Shown: one piece after another, positions 40,673-49,346 of the stretch
How positions within the stretch are numbered: the stretch's first letter is position 1
Layout: the number at the start of each line of letters is the position of its first letter
From: Bacteroidales bacterium
GTDB taxonomy: Bacteria; Bacteroidota; Bacteroidia; Bacteroidales; VadinHA17
NCBI GenBank assembly: GCA_038207725.1
Contig: JBBQZN010000008.1
Coordinates: 743-64,742 of the forward strand
DNA: 64,000 bases
Direction of reading: 5' to 3'
Program-made: the position numbers and the translations under genes
Notes under the pieces: generated by a model
Told to the model about the DNA's origin: nothing
The model's database searches: none
Seen by the model: the letters and a program-made list of their open reading frames with translations, nothing else

Positions 40673-41422
40673 ATGCTGAATACTATCAAAATATTACTAC
40701 ACCAGGGAAAACAGTTTATCCCTGATCTGCGAAAAGCAAAAGTTACTGGTATTTATACCGGACGCCCTGTGATAAGTGCAGAGAAAGCTGACACAAAGAC
40801 CCTTGTTGATTGTTGTCCGACTGGTGCTATAAGTGTTGATCCGCTTACCATTGATCTGGGTAAATGTACCTTCTGCAGGGAGTGCGAGAGACTGTTTCCC
40901 GCAAAGGTTCATTTTACTACCGATTACAGACTTGCAACAAATGAAAGACAAAGACTGATAGTTCATGAAGGAATAAGTGTGCCAATTACACTTAATCCTG
41001 ATCTTATAAGAAAAGAGATTCACAGGCTTTTCGGAGGCTCCCTGAAACTTCGCCAGGTATCTGCCGCAGGCGATAACAGTTGTGAGTGGGAATTAAACGC
41101 TGCCGGAAATGTGAATTTCGATATGGGCAGGTATGGTATTGAGTTTGTAGCATCGCCGCGACATGCTGATGGTATTGTTATTACGGGGCCAATATCAAAA
41201 AACATGGCCGGTCCCCTGCAGATGACTTATGATGCCACTCCCTCCCCGAAAATCATAATACTTGTTGGTACAGATGCGATTAGCGGAGGAATATTTGCCG
41301 GCAGTCCTGCCCTCGACCGAAGGTTCCTTGAAGAAAATCATATTGATCTCTACATAGCAGGCAATCCGGTACACCCGCTGGCATTTATTAACGGAGTGGC
41401 TGACCTTTTAGGGATAAAGTAA
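40673..41422 (+). CDS. Ehr small subunit (ferredoxin-HyfI/NuoB fusion) with degenerate Fe-S ligands
   Basis: CCPTGAI and CTFCREC ferredoxin half-sites; FVASPRHAD..TGP NuoB motif; GDNSCE, GTDAISGG, AGNP. Confidence 0.9.
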   Translation: MLNTIKILLHQGKQFIPDLRKAKVTGIYTGRPVISAEKADTKTLVDCCPTGAISVDPLTIDLGKCTFCRECERLFPAKVHFTTDYRLATNERQRLIVHEGISVPITLNPDLIRKEIHRLFGGSLKLRQVSAAGDNSCEWELNAAGNVNFDMGRYGIEFVASPRHADGIVITGPISKNMAGPLQMTYDATPSPKIIILVGTDAISGGIFAGSPALDRRFLEENHIDLYIAGNPVHPLAFINGVADLLGIK

Positions 41423-41442
41423 TCTTGTGTAATTCTTATTCC

Positions 41443-41496
41443 GCCCTTTGCCCTGAGCCCTGTGCCCTGAGCCCTGTGCCCTGTGCCCTGCGCCCT
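41443..41496. repeat. Heptamer tandem array (GCCCTGN) x7.7
   Basis: gcccttt gccctga gccctgt gccctga gccctgt gccctgt gccctgc gccct, ending 2 bp from the ggt stop. Confidence 0.9.
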
Positions 41497-41498
41497 CT

Positions 41499-43187
41499 TT
41501 AATACCCCGCCGCCATGCCATCTTTTCTCGACTCCGACGCGCCGAACCATACTTTGTTCTTCTCATCCCACATTATAGCCTGGTAGCCGCCATAGCCACC
41601 CAGATCCCACTGGATTGTGTGACCTCTCGACATCAGGTTCTGAATGATATCTGTTCTGAATCCGCTCTCGAGGAGAAGAATTCCTCCATCGGTCATTTGC
41701 TGCCCTGTTGGTTCTGACGATCCAACATGATGGATTCTCGGGGCATCCCCGGCTTCCTGCAGATTCATCTTAAAATCAATAAGATTTATAACAATCTGTG
41801 CATGTCCCTGCGGCTGCATATCGCCACCCATGACTCCAAAACTTATCCATGGCTTACCGTTTTTGGTAATGAAAGCAGGTATTATTGTGTGGAAGGGCCT
41901 TTTTCCCGGTGCATACACATTATTATGTCCCTCCTGAAGGCTGAACATCTCACCACGGTCCTGAAGTACAAAACCTAGTCCGGTAGGACACATCCCCGAG
42001 CCCATGCCACGGTAATTGCTCTGTATCAGTGATACCATATTGCCAAACTTGTCAGCAACAGTCAGGTAAATAGTATTTCCGGCCTCTATCTTTCCGGCGT
42101 CATAAACTTTTGCTGCCTTGTCCATACTTATAAGCTTGCGCCTTTCTGCTGAATATTTTTTTGAAATGAGCTGGCTTACAGGGACATCGTTGAATGCCTG
42201 ATCGGTATAAAACTTTGCGCGGTCTTCAAAAGCAACTTTTTTTGCCTCGGTAAATACATGAATATAATCAGAAGAACCGAATCCCATTGAGGCAATATCA
42301 TATCCTTCGAGTAGGTTAAGTATCTGAAGAGCAGCAATTCCCTGCCCGTTTGGCGGTAGCTCCCAAACCTGATAGCCTCTGTATGTTGTGCTGACTGGTT
42401 CTACCCATTCAGAGTGATGGCGCGACATATCATCATAGGTCAGAAAGCCACCCTGCTTTTTCATGAAAGCGTCAATATCCCGTGCTATGGATCCCCTGTA
42501 GAACTCGTTTCTTCCTCCTTTTACAATTTTTTCAAGCGTATTTGCGAGAAGAGGATTTTTGAAGATTTCGCCCTTTGCCGGAGCTTTCCCTCCTGGCATA
42601 TATACCTCTTTGATATTAGGATACTCCTTAAGCCTTTCTGTACCTGTCATAAGGTAATAGGCAATAACTTCAGTAACAGGAAATCCTTCTCTTGCATAGG
42701 TTATTGCAGGTTGTAGTATATCCTTCATTGGCAACTTGCCAAACATATCATGCATCTCAAACCAGCCATCAACGCAACCGGGCACTGAGACAGGAAGTGG
42801 TCCGTATGAAGGAATAAATTCAATTCCATTCTCTTTGAAATATTCAATTTTAAGTGATCGTGGAGATTTCCCGCTTCCATTAAGTCCGTATAGCTTATTC
42901 TTACCGGCACTCCAGATTATTGCAAAAATATCTCCGCCAACGCCAGAGCCGGTTGGTTCAACCAATCCCAGCATAGCATCTGCAGCTATGGCTGCATCAA
43001 TTGCATTTCCACCCTTTTTGAGGATATCAAGTGCGACCTGTGTTGCAAGAGGCTGACTTGTAGCTGCCATTCCGTTACGGGCTATTACTTCTGATCTTGT
43101 TGCAAAATCACGTCCCGTTATCCTGTCCTGACAAAAAATTACACCTGAGAACAGGAGTGCATATATTATAAGGAGAAGTTTTCTCAT
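41499..43187 (-). CDS. ggt: Gamma-glutamyltransferase
   Basis: GGNAIDAAIA, GVGGD, VSVPG, PPNGQG, NTIY autocleavage Thr, PGKRPFHTIIP, GVMGG.MQPQGH. Confidence 0.95.
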   Translation of the reverse strand: MRKLLLIIYALLFSGVIFCQDRITGRDFATRSEVIARNGMAATSQPLATQVALDILKKGGNAIDAAIAADAMLGLVEPTGSGVGGDIFAIIWSAGKNKLYGLNGSGKSPRSLKIEYFKENGIEFIPSYGPLPVSVPGCVDGWFEMHDMFGKLPMKDILQPAITYAREGFPVTEVIAYYLMTGTERLKEYPNIKEVYMPGGKAPAKGEIFKNPLLANTLEKIVKGGRNEFYRGSIARDIDAFMKKQGGFLTYDDMSRHHSEWVEPVSTTYRGYQVWELPPNGQGIAALQILNLLEGYDIASMGFGSSDYIHVFTEAKKVAFEDRAKFYTDQAFNDVPVSQLISKKYSAERRKLISMDKAAKVYDAGKIEAGNTIYLTVADKFGNMVSLIQSNYRGMGSGMCPTGLGFVLQDRGEMFSLQEGHNNVYAPGKRPFHTIIPAFITKNGKPWISFGVMGGDMQPQGHAQIVINLIDFKMNLQEAGDAPRIHHVGSSEPTGQQMTDGGILLLESGFRTDIIQNLMSRGHTIQWDLGGYGGYQAIMWDEKNKVWFGASESRKDGMAAGY

Positions 43188-43204
43188 TAATATTTTATTT
43201 TATG

Positions 43205-43212
43205 CAAATGTA
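43205..43212 (-). promoter_or_regulatory. -7 promoter element for ggt
   Basis: TACATTTG on minus strand. Confidence 0.55.
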
Positions 43213-43293
43213 AGCAACCCTGAATACTATTTTGCCACCTTTGCCTTAAATTGCATTTGGGTTTTAATAATTTTAGACTGTTTTGTTCCTATA

Positions 43294-43389
43294 CCTTTGT
43301 GAACCTTTGTGATTAACTTAGAGTACCTTTGTGTTTAAGTTTTCTTTTACCACTAAGTACACAAAGTACAGCACAAAGTAACACAAAGG
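43294..43389. repeat. CTTWGTG/CACWAAG-family inverted array, copy 4
   Basis: Four CTTTGTG-like units facing four CACAAAG-like units at 9-12 bp spacing. Confidence 0.85.
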
Positions 43390-43457
43390 AAAATTGTACT
43401 TTAATTAAGTTAATGAAGAATTCAAATTAGATGTTCATATAAGCAAATACTTTTATC

Positions 43458-45515
43458 ATGAAAACTTTTCTTAAACTTTTTATTCTGCTCTTTATGTCAG
43501 GTATCAGTCTTAATTCATGCAAAAATACTCCACAGGCAACACCTGCCGAAGCCGGAGATTTCAATTATTCAGTCGATCAGTTTGATGATATGAGGGTTCT
43601 GAAATACAGATTGCCCGGTTTCGAAGCCCTCTCACTTAATCAGAAAAAATATATTTACTTTCTCAGTGAAGCTGCCTTATCAGGAAGAGATATTCTCTAC
43701 GATCAGAATTTCAAATATAATCTGCAGATCAGGAAAACACTTGAAGCAATTATAGGAAACTATTCCGGAGATAAGGAAAATGCAGATTATAAGGCATTGC
43801 TTGTATACGCCAAAAGGGTGTTTTTTGCAAATGGAATTCACCATCATTACTCAAGCGATAAGTTAAACCCGGGTTTTGCTGAGAGCTTTTTTGCCCAGCA
43901 GATAAAAGAATGCGATGCTTCAACACTTCCTTTAAATAGCAGACAAACTGTTGATCAGTTTATCTCATTTTTAGCACCGGTAATTTTTGATGAAAAGCTC
44001 TTTCCGAGAAAGGTTGAGCAGCGCGAGGGTGCCGATATGGTAGCCGAGTCTGCGTCAAATTTTTATGAAGGTGTAAGCCAGAAAGAGGTTGAGAAATATT
44101 ACGCCGGAAAAGTTGTTCCCAACGATCCGCACCCTGTATCATTAGGACTTAATTCAAAAGTTATTAAAGTGAACGGAATGGTAACGGAAGATGTTTATAA
44201 ATCAGGAGGAAGATACGGAGCCGCAATAGACCGGATTGTTTATTGGCTGGGGAAAGCTTCCGCTGTTGCAGATAATGACACTCAGAAAAAAGAACTGGCC
44301 ATACTTATCGATTATTACACGACCGGTGATTTAAGGACCTGGGATGAGTATAATGTAGCATGGGCTAAGAACACCGAATCGCTTGTTGACTATATTAATG
44401 GTTTTATCGAAAACTATGAAGACCCTCTTGGTATGAAGGCCACATGGGAAGCGATAGTTGATTATACCGATCTGGAAGCTTCAAAACGTACTCAGATAAT
44501 TACTTCCAATGCACAGTGGTTTGAAGATAATTCGCCTGTTAATCCGGAGTACAGAAAAGATACCGTAACCGGAGTTGCGGCAAAGGTTATAAATATTGCA
44601 ATGCTCGGGGGAGACTGCTTCCCGCCTTCACCGCTGGGGATAAACCTTCCGAATGCCGACTGGATAAGAAAAGAGGTTGGTTCAAAGTCTGTTACCCTGG
44701 CAAATATTACACTTGCCTATGATAAGGCTTCAGAGGGCAATGGATTTCTTGAGGAGTTTGCCTTTGATACTGACGAAATTGCAAGGATTAAAAAGTATGG
44801 TTCAGTAGCTGATGCTCTTCATACTGATCTTCATGAATGCATTGGTCATGCCAGTGGTAAACTTGCTGCGGGCACTGATCCAAATGCATTAAAGAACTAT
44901 GCATCACCGCTAGAGGAGGCACGTGCTGATCTTTTTGCCCTTTACTACATGATGGATCAGAAGATTCTTGACCTGGGATTACTGCCTGAAAGGGAAGCGG
45001 CTGCCGCTGCTTATGATTCATATCTGAGAAACGGACTACTTACGCAAATTGTCAGAATTAAACCCGGGAAGGATATTGAACAGGCACATATGAGATGCAG
45101 ATCAACAATTTCACACTGGGTGTATGAAAAAGGAAAATCGGAAAATGTTGTTGAGATTCTTCAGCGTTATGGCAAATCATTTGTAAAAATCAATGATCAT
45201 ATGAAACTTCAGGCACTTTTTGGAAACCTGCTGAAAGAGATCCAGAGAATTAAATCAGAAGGTGATTTTGAAGCTGGAAAAAAACTGATCGAAAACTATG
45301 GAGTAAAAATTGATCAGCAACTTCATACTGAAATACTTGAACGATATTCTAAACTTAATCTTGCACCGTATACAGGTTTTGTAAATCCTGAGCTGGTACC
45401 GCTGCTTGACTCTAAAGGCGATACCATTGATATAACAGTAAAATACGTGGACGATTTCCTTGGTCAGATGATGAGCTATGGCATAAATTATTCATTTCTG
45501 CCTGTAAATAATTAG
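43458..45515 (+). CDS. Dipeptidyl-peptidase III (M49) lipoprotein
   Basis: Lipobox LNSC, GINLPN, HECIGH hexapeptide zinc motif, EEARAD, EQAHMR. Confidence 0.93.
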   Translation: MKTFLKLFILLFMSGISLNSCKNTPQATPAEAGDFNYSVDQFDDMRVLKYRLPGFEALSLNQKKYIYFLSEAALSGRDILYDQNFKYNLQIRKTLEAIIGNYSGDKENADYKALLVYAKRVFFANGIHHHYSSDKLNPGFAESFFAQQIKECDASTLPLNSRQTVDQFISFLAPVIFDEKLFPRKVEQREGADMVAESASNFYEGVSQKEVEKYYAGKVVPNDPHPVSLGLNSKVIKVNGMVTEDVYKSGGRYGAAIDRIVYWLGKASAVADNDTQKKELAILIDYYTTGDLRTWDEYNVAWAKNTESLVDYINGFIENYEDPLGMKATWEAIVDYTDLEASKRTQIITSNAQWFEDNSPVNPEYRKDTVTGVAAKVINIAMLGGDCFPPSPLGINLPNADWIRKEVGSKSVTLANITLAYDKASEGNGFLEEFAFDTDEIARIKKYGSVADALHTDLHECIGHASGKLAAGTDPNALKNYASPLEEARADLFALYYMMDQKILDLGLLPEREAAAAAYDSYLRNGLLTQIVRIKPGKDIEQAHMRCRSTISHWVYEKGKSENVVEILQRYGKSFVKINDHMKLQALFGNLLKEIQRIKSEGDFEAGKKLIENYGVKIDQQLHTEILERYSKLNLAPYTGFVNPELVPLLDSKGDTIDITVKYVDDFLGQMMSYGINYSFLPVNN

Positions 45516-45550
45516 CTATTAGTTGATAACTAATCAGTGGTATAAGTATT

Positions 45551-45633
<83 letters not shown>

Positions 45634-45684
45634 CTGCTGATTAGATACAATTATTATAATGAAGTGTTTTTTAAAAAATATATT

Positions 45685-47310
45685 ATGAAACGTATTCTTC
45701 TATTACTAAGCGCATTATTTTTTTCCTTTATTTTAACTGCACAGCTTCCTGACGCAATTAAATGGAATAAATATGAACTTGTTTTTAATAGCAGTTCAGT
45801 TTATGAGAATCCGGTTCAGGATGTAAAACTGATGGAGGTCGCCTTTAAATCGCCTACCGGCAGGGTGAAGATCTTAAATGGTTTCTGGGATGGCGGCACT
45901 ACCTGGAAAGTGCGATTAATGCCAGATGAAACAGGAACCTGGACTTATGAAACAAAATGCTCTGATCTTAAGAATGAAGGACTAAACCTGAAAAAGGGAG
46001 TCTTTTTATGCAGGGCGAACACAGGTAAGCAAGAGATAAATAAACGTGGAGCGATAATTAGTCCTGAAGGCAGATACCATCTTACCTATTCCGATGGTAC
46101 CCCTTTCTTCTATCTTGCCTGCACGGCATGGAACGGGGCGTTGAAATCTACAAAAGAGGAATGGGAGAAATATCTTAAACAAAGAGTTTCGAATAATTAC
46201 AATGTGATTCAGCTGGTCACTACACAATGGAGAGGGTGTGATAGAAACAGTGAAGGACTAACAGCATTCGAGGGAAGCGGAAAAATTAAAATCAACCCCG
46301 ATTTTTTCAGGCGTATGGATGAGAAAATTGACAAGGTAAATGAACTTGGACTTGTTGCAGCACCTGTAATACTTTGGGCTCTGCAGAATGGCTCTGGACG
46401 AGAATTGAGTCCGGGTTATTACCTGCCCGACGATCAGGCAATATTACTGGCAAAATATATTGTTGCCAGGTATAACGGCAATCATGTAATATGGTTACTG
46501 GGAGGTGACGGAATTTATACCGGATCGTATGAACAGCGCTGGAAAACTATAGGCAGGGCTATATTTGATGGTAAGCAACAGGGCGTTGTAGCCCAGCATC
46601 CTTGTGGAAGATCATGGATAGGAGAGGTATACAGGGATGAGCCATGGCTTGATATTGTTGGTTATCAAAGCAGTCACAGCAATGCTGAGGGCACTGTTAA
46701 CTGGATAACAAAAGGACCTATGAGTCAGATGTGGCCACAGCTTCCTGCCCGGCCTCTCATTAATCTCGAACCAAATTATGAGCAGATAGGATTCCGCATC
46801 ACCGACCGGGATGTCAGAAATGCAAGCTACTGGAGCCTTTTTGCAACACCAATAGCAGGTGTTACTTATGGCGCAAACGGATTATGGCCATGGCTCCGCG
46901 ACGGTGAAAAAATATTAAACCATTCCGATGCGCCCGGAACATCTTCATGGGACGTAAGTATGAACCTCCCGGGTTCTTTGCAGATGGGATATCTGGCTCA
47001 GTTTATTAAAAAGTTTGATTGGTGGAACCTCTACCCGGCTCAGGAACTTTTGACCGAACAGCCCGGAGATAAAACATTTAATCATTTCATATCTGTTGTA
47101 AAATCGACTGATAATAAAACGATACTTGCATATCTTCCTGTAAAATGCTCAGTTAATCTGAGAAAACCTTTAGCTTCAGATTATAAACTAACATGGTTTG
47201 ATCCTATAAAAAACACTTATTCAGATGGTTCCGTTTCAGACGATGGAACAATATTGCAGATAAACTCAACTTCTGAAAATGATATGCTGTTGATTCTGGA
47301 AGCAAAATAA
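45685..47310 (+). CDS. DUF5060-DUF4038 (apiosidase/GH140-like) glycoside hydrolase with C-terminal collagen-binding-like domain
   Basis: Signal peptide MKRILL, GFWDGG..W.VR, DGTPFFYLACTAW, ARY, WLLGGD, QSSH, NLEP.YE, TYGANG, WFDP. Confidence 0.8.
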   Translation: MKRILLLLSALFFSFILTAQLPDAIKWNKYELVFNSSSVYENPVQDVKLMEVAFKSPTGRVKILNGFWDGGTTWKVRLMPDETGTWTYETKCSDLKNEGLNLKKGVFLCRANTGKQEINKRGAIISPEGRYHLTYSDGTPFFYLACTAWNGALKSTKEEWEKYLKQRVSNNYNVIQLVTTQWRGCDRNSEGLTAFEGSGKIKINPDFFRRMDEKIDKVNELGLVAAPVILWALQNGSGRELSPGYYLPDDQAILLAKYIVARYNGNHVIWLLGGDGIYTGSYEQRWKTIGRAIFDGKQQGVVAQHPCGRSWIGEVYRDEPWLDIVGYQSSHSNAEGTVNWITKGPMSQMWPQLPARPLINLEPNYEQIGFRITDRDVRNASYWSLFATPIAGVTYGANGLWPWLRDGEKILNHSDAPGTSSWDVSMNLPGSLQMGYLAQFIKKFDWWNLYPAQELLTEQPGDKTFNHFISVVKSTDNKTILAYLPVKCSVNLRKPLASDYKLTWFDPIKNTYSDGSVSDDGTILQINSTSENDMLLILEAK

Positions 47311-47321
47311 TTGTGATCGTT

Positions 47322-48557
47322 TCATTTTATATTCTTCCAGAATTTATCCTCAGATCTGCGTAGTTCTCTTCTTTTCTTTCTTTCGAGCAGGTAATAGTAG
47401 ATAATTAAAATTATCCCAATGAACATGATGCCGAGAAGAAGGTATTTTACAATTACCGACATATTTTGCTGGGAAGCAACCTGCATTATATTCTCCATTC
47501 CGGCACCTGCAATAGTCTTCTGACCAACGTTGATGCTGAAAATGTTTTTGATGAAAAAGAGAGAGAAAAAAGCCAGTAATCCTGATATTATTGGTGTAGC
47601 CACCCATCCGGCTGCAATCTGCCCAAGTAGCCTGTAGTTGATATTCCGTGCGCCCTTATAAATGCCTATTCCTATTACACAACCCACTATAACCTGAGAA
47701 CTCGAAACAGGTACCATTGGAACAGGAGGCAGACCTATTCTGACAAATAGGTTGGAAAGACCTGAAGATGAGAAGATGAACAAGACCAGGGACTGGGCTA
47801 AAACTACGACCAATGCACCTTCAGAAGAGAGCTCAACAATATTTCCGCCAATAGTCTTCATTACATTTTTTGAATAAGTCATTATTCCCACTGCAATTGC
47901 CAGTCCGCCAAGCAAAAACAACTGCTGGCTGGATGAAAGAGAAAATAATCCAAAATCAAGTTCTGTCAGGTTAAATGCCGGGACAAAAACTCCCATAACA
48001 TTGGCAATATTATTTGCACCAAGACTATAGGCACCAAATGCCCCTGCCAGGATAAGTCCCTTTTTTATGTATGATTCAAATCGTATGAGATGTATTCTTG
48101 AAGTTTTCTTGATTTTATTAATCAGTATGAATAGAATTATTGCAAAAACAGCGCCTATTATCGGACCGCTTATCCATGTTCCTACAATTTTTGACAAAGT
48201 GTTGGCGTCGGTATCATTTCCGGTAAACAGGTTCCATCCGATAATAGCACCAACTATTGCCTGTGTTGTTGATACCGGAAGTGAAAACTTTGTCATTGCA
48301 TATACGGTAACTGCAGCAGCCAGTGCCAGCGTAAATGACCCGCCTATGGCATTTACCGATCCGAGTTTCCCAAGTGTATCTGAAGCCCCAGCACCCTGAA
48401 TAACAGCTCCGAGAATAACAGCTATAGATGCAATAATGGCTGCTTTCCTGAAAGAAACCATTCTTGATCCGACTGCAGAACCAAACACATTAGATGCGTC
48501 ATTTGCTCCGAGCGACCAGCCAAGAAATAGTCCGCTTGTTAAGAATAGGAGGATCAT
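47322..48557 (-). CDS. PiT family inorganic phosphate transporter
   Basis: GANDASN and GANNIAN signatures, PVSTTQ, PVSSSQ. Confidence 0.93.
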   Translation of the reverse strand: MILLFLTSGLFLGWSLGANDASNVFGSAVGSRMVSFRKAAIIASIAVILGAVIQGAGASDTLGKLGSVNAIGGSFTLALAAAVTVYAMTKFSLPVSTTQAIVGAIIGWNLFTGNDTDANTLSKIVGTWISGPIIGAVFAIILFILINKIKKTSRIHLIRFESYIKKGLILAGAFGAYSLGANNIANVMGVFVPAFNLTELDFGLFSLSSSQQLFLLGGLAIAVGIMTYSKNVMKTIGGNIVELSSEGALVVVLAQSLVLFIFSSSGLSNLFVRIGLPPVPMVPVSSSQVIVGCVIGIGIYKGARNINYRLLGQIAAGWVATPIISGLLAFFSLFFIKNIFSINVGQKTIAGAGMENIMQVASQQNMSVIVKYLLLGIMFIGIILIIYYYLLERKKRRELRRSEDKFWKNIK

Positions 48558-48608
48558 GTTTTGTTTTATAAGTTAGGGCTTAGGGAAGAATATAATTATG
48601 TAACACTT

Positions 48609-48653
48609 CCTATTGCCTATTGCCTATTGCCTATTGCCTATTGCCTATTGCCT
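48609..48653. repeat. Perfect heptamer array (CCTATTG)x6
   Basis: Direct reading; lies between DUF47 stop and PiT start. Confidence 0.92.
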
Positions 48654-48658
48654 TCTTC

Positions 48659-49309
48659 TTACATTATCATTTTTATCGCCATTCCCGAAAGCAGATCAGC
48701 AGCTTTTTGTGCCAGGTCTGATATGTTTTCGATATGGTGAATTATATATCTCAGATGAGCTTTATGGGCAAGATCGATTTCCTTCATATCCTGGAAAATA
48801 ATCTTTTTTGTGCCTAAAGCCAGCTTATCTGTTTCACTCTCAAAATAATATACTTTAAGTAGTTTTTCTCTTACAGTATAGGGAGCCCTGAAATATGCCC
48901 TGACAGCAGGAATGAGTTCTTCTGCCGCACTTGCTGATGCTTCTGTCAGGCTTATGAAGTTTTTATTCAAAGATACCGGAATTTCAGGTTGTTCTGTATT
49001 GATCTCCTGAAGCGAACTCTTTAGTGAATCAATTATCTCATCAATCCTGTCAATCAGTTTTGTAACCTCTTCGCGATGCTGTGGAAGGATAGAGTGTGTA
49101 ATCATGTCATTTTCAATAGCTCTCTGAAGCTTATCGGCGCCTCTCTCAAGGGTTTCAACTTTCCCTAGATGCCTTATGAATGCTTCATTGTCTTTTTCGA
49201 GATAGGCTTTTATTCCCTCCCTGAAAACAAGAAGTCCGATTTCAACATTATCTAAGAATTCCTCAATTTTCTGAATAAGATTCTTTGTAGTTCGGGTAAA
49301 TAGCGGCAT
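48659..49309 (-). CDS. DUF47 / PhoU-like phosphate transport regulator
   Basis: LERGAD, DRIDEIID, FESETD, ISDLAQ; upstream of PiT; TATATTTG element at 49337..49344. Confidence 0.88.
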   Translation of the reverse strand: MPLFTRTTKNLIQKIEEFLDNVEIGLLVFREGIKAYLEKDNEAFIRHLGKVETLERGADKLQRAIENDMITHSILPQHREEVTKLIDRIDEIIDSLKSSLQEINTEQPEIPVSLNKNFISLTEASASAAEELIPAVRAYFRAPYTVREKLLKVYYFESETDKLALGTKKIIFQDMKEIDLAHKAHLRYIIHHIENISDLAQKAADLLSGMAIKMIM

Positions 49310-49346
49310 GGCTTATAGATAATTGTGTTTCTGTATCAAATATACT

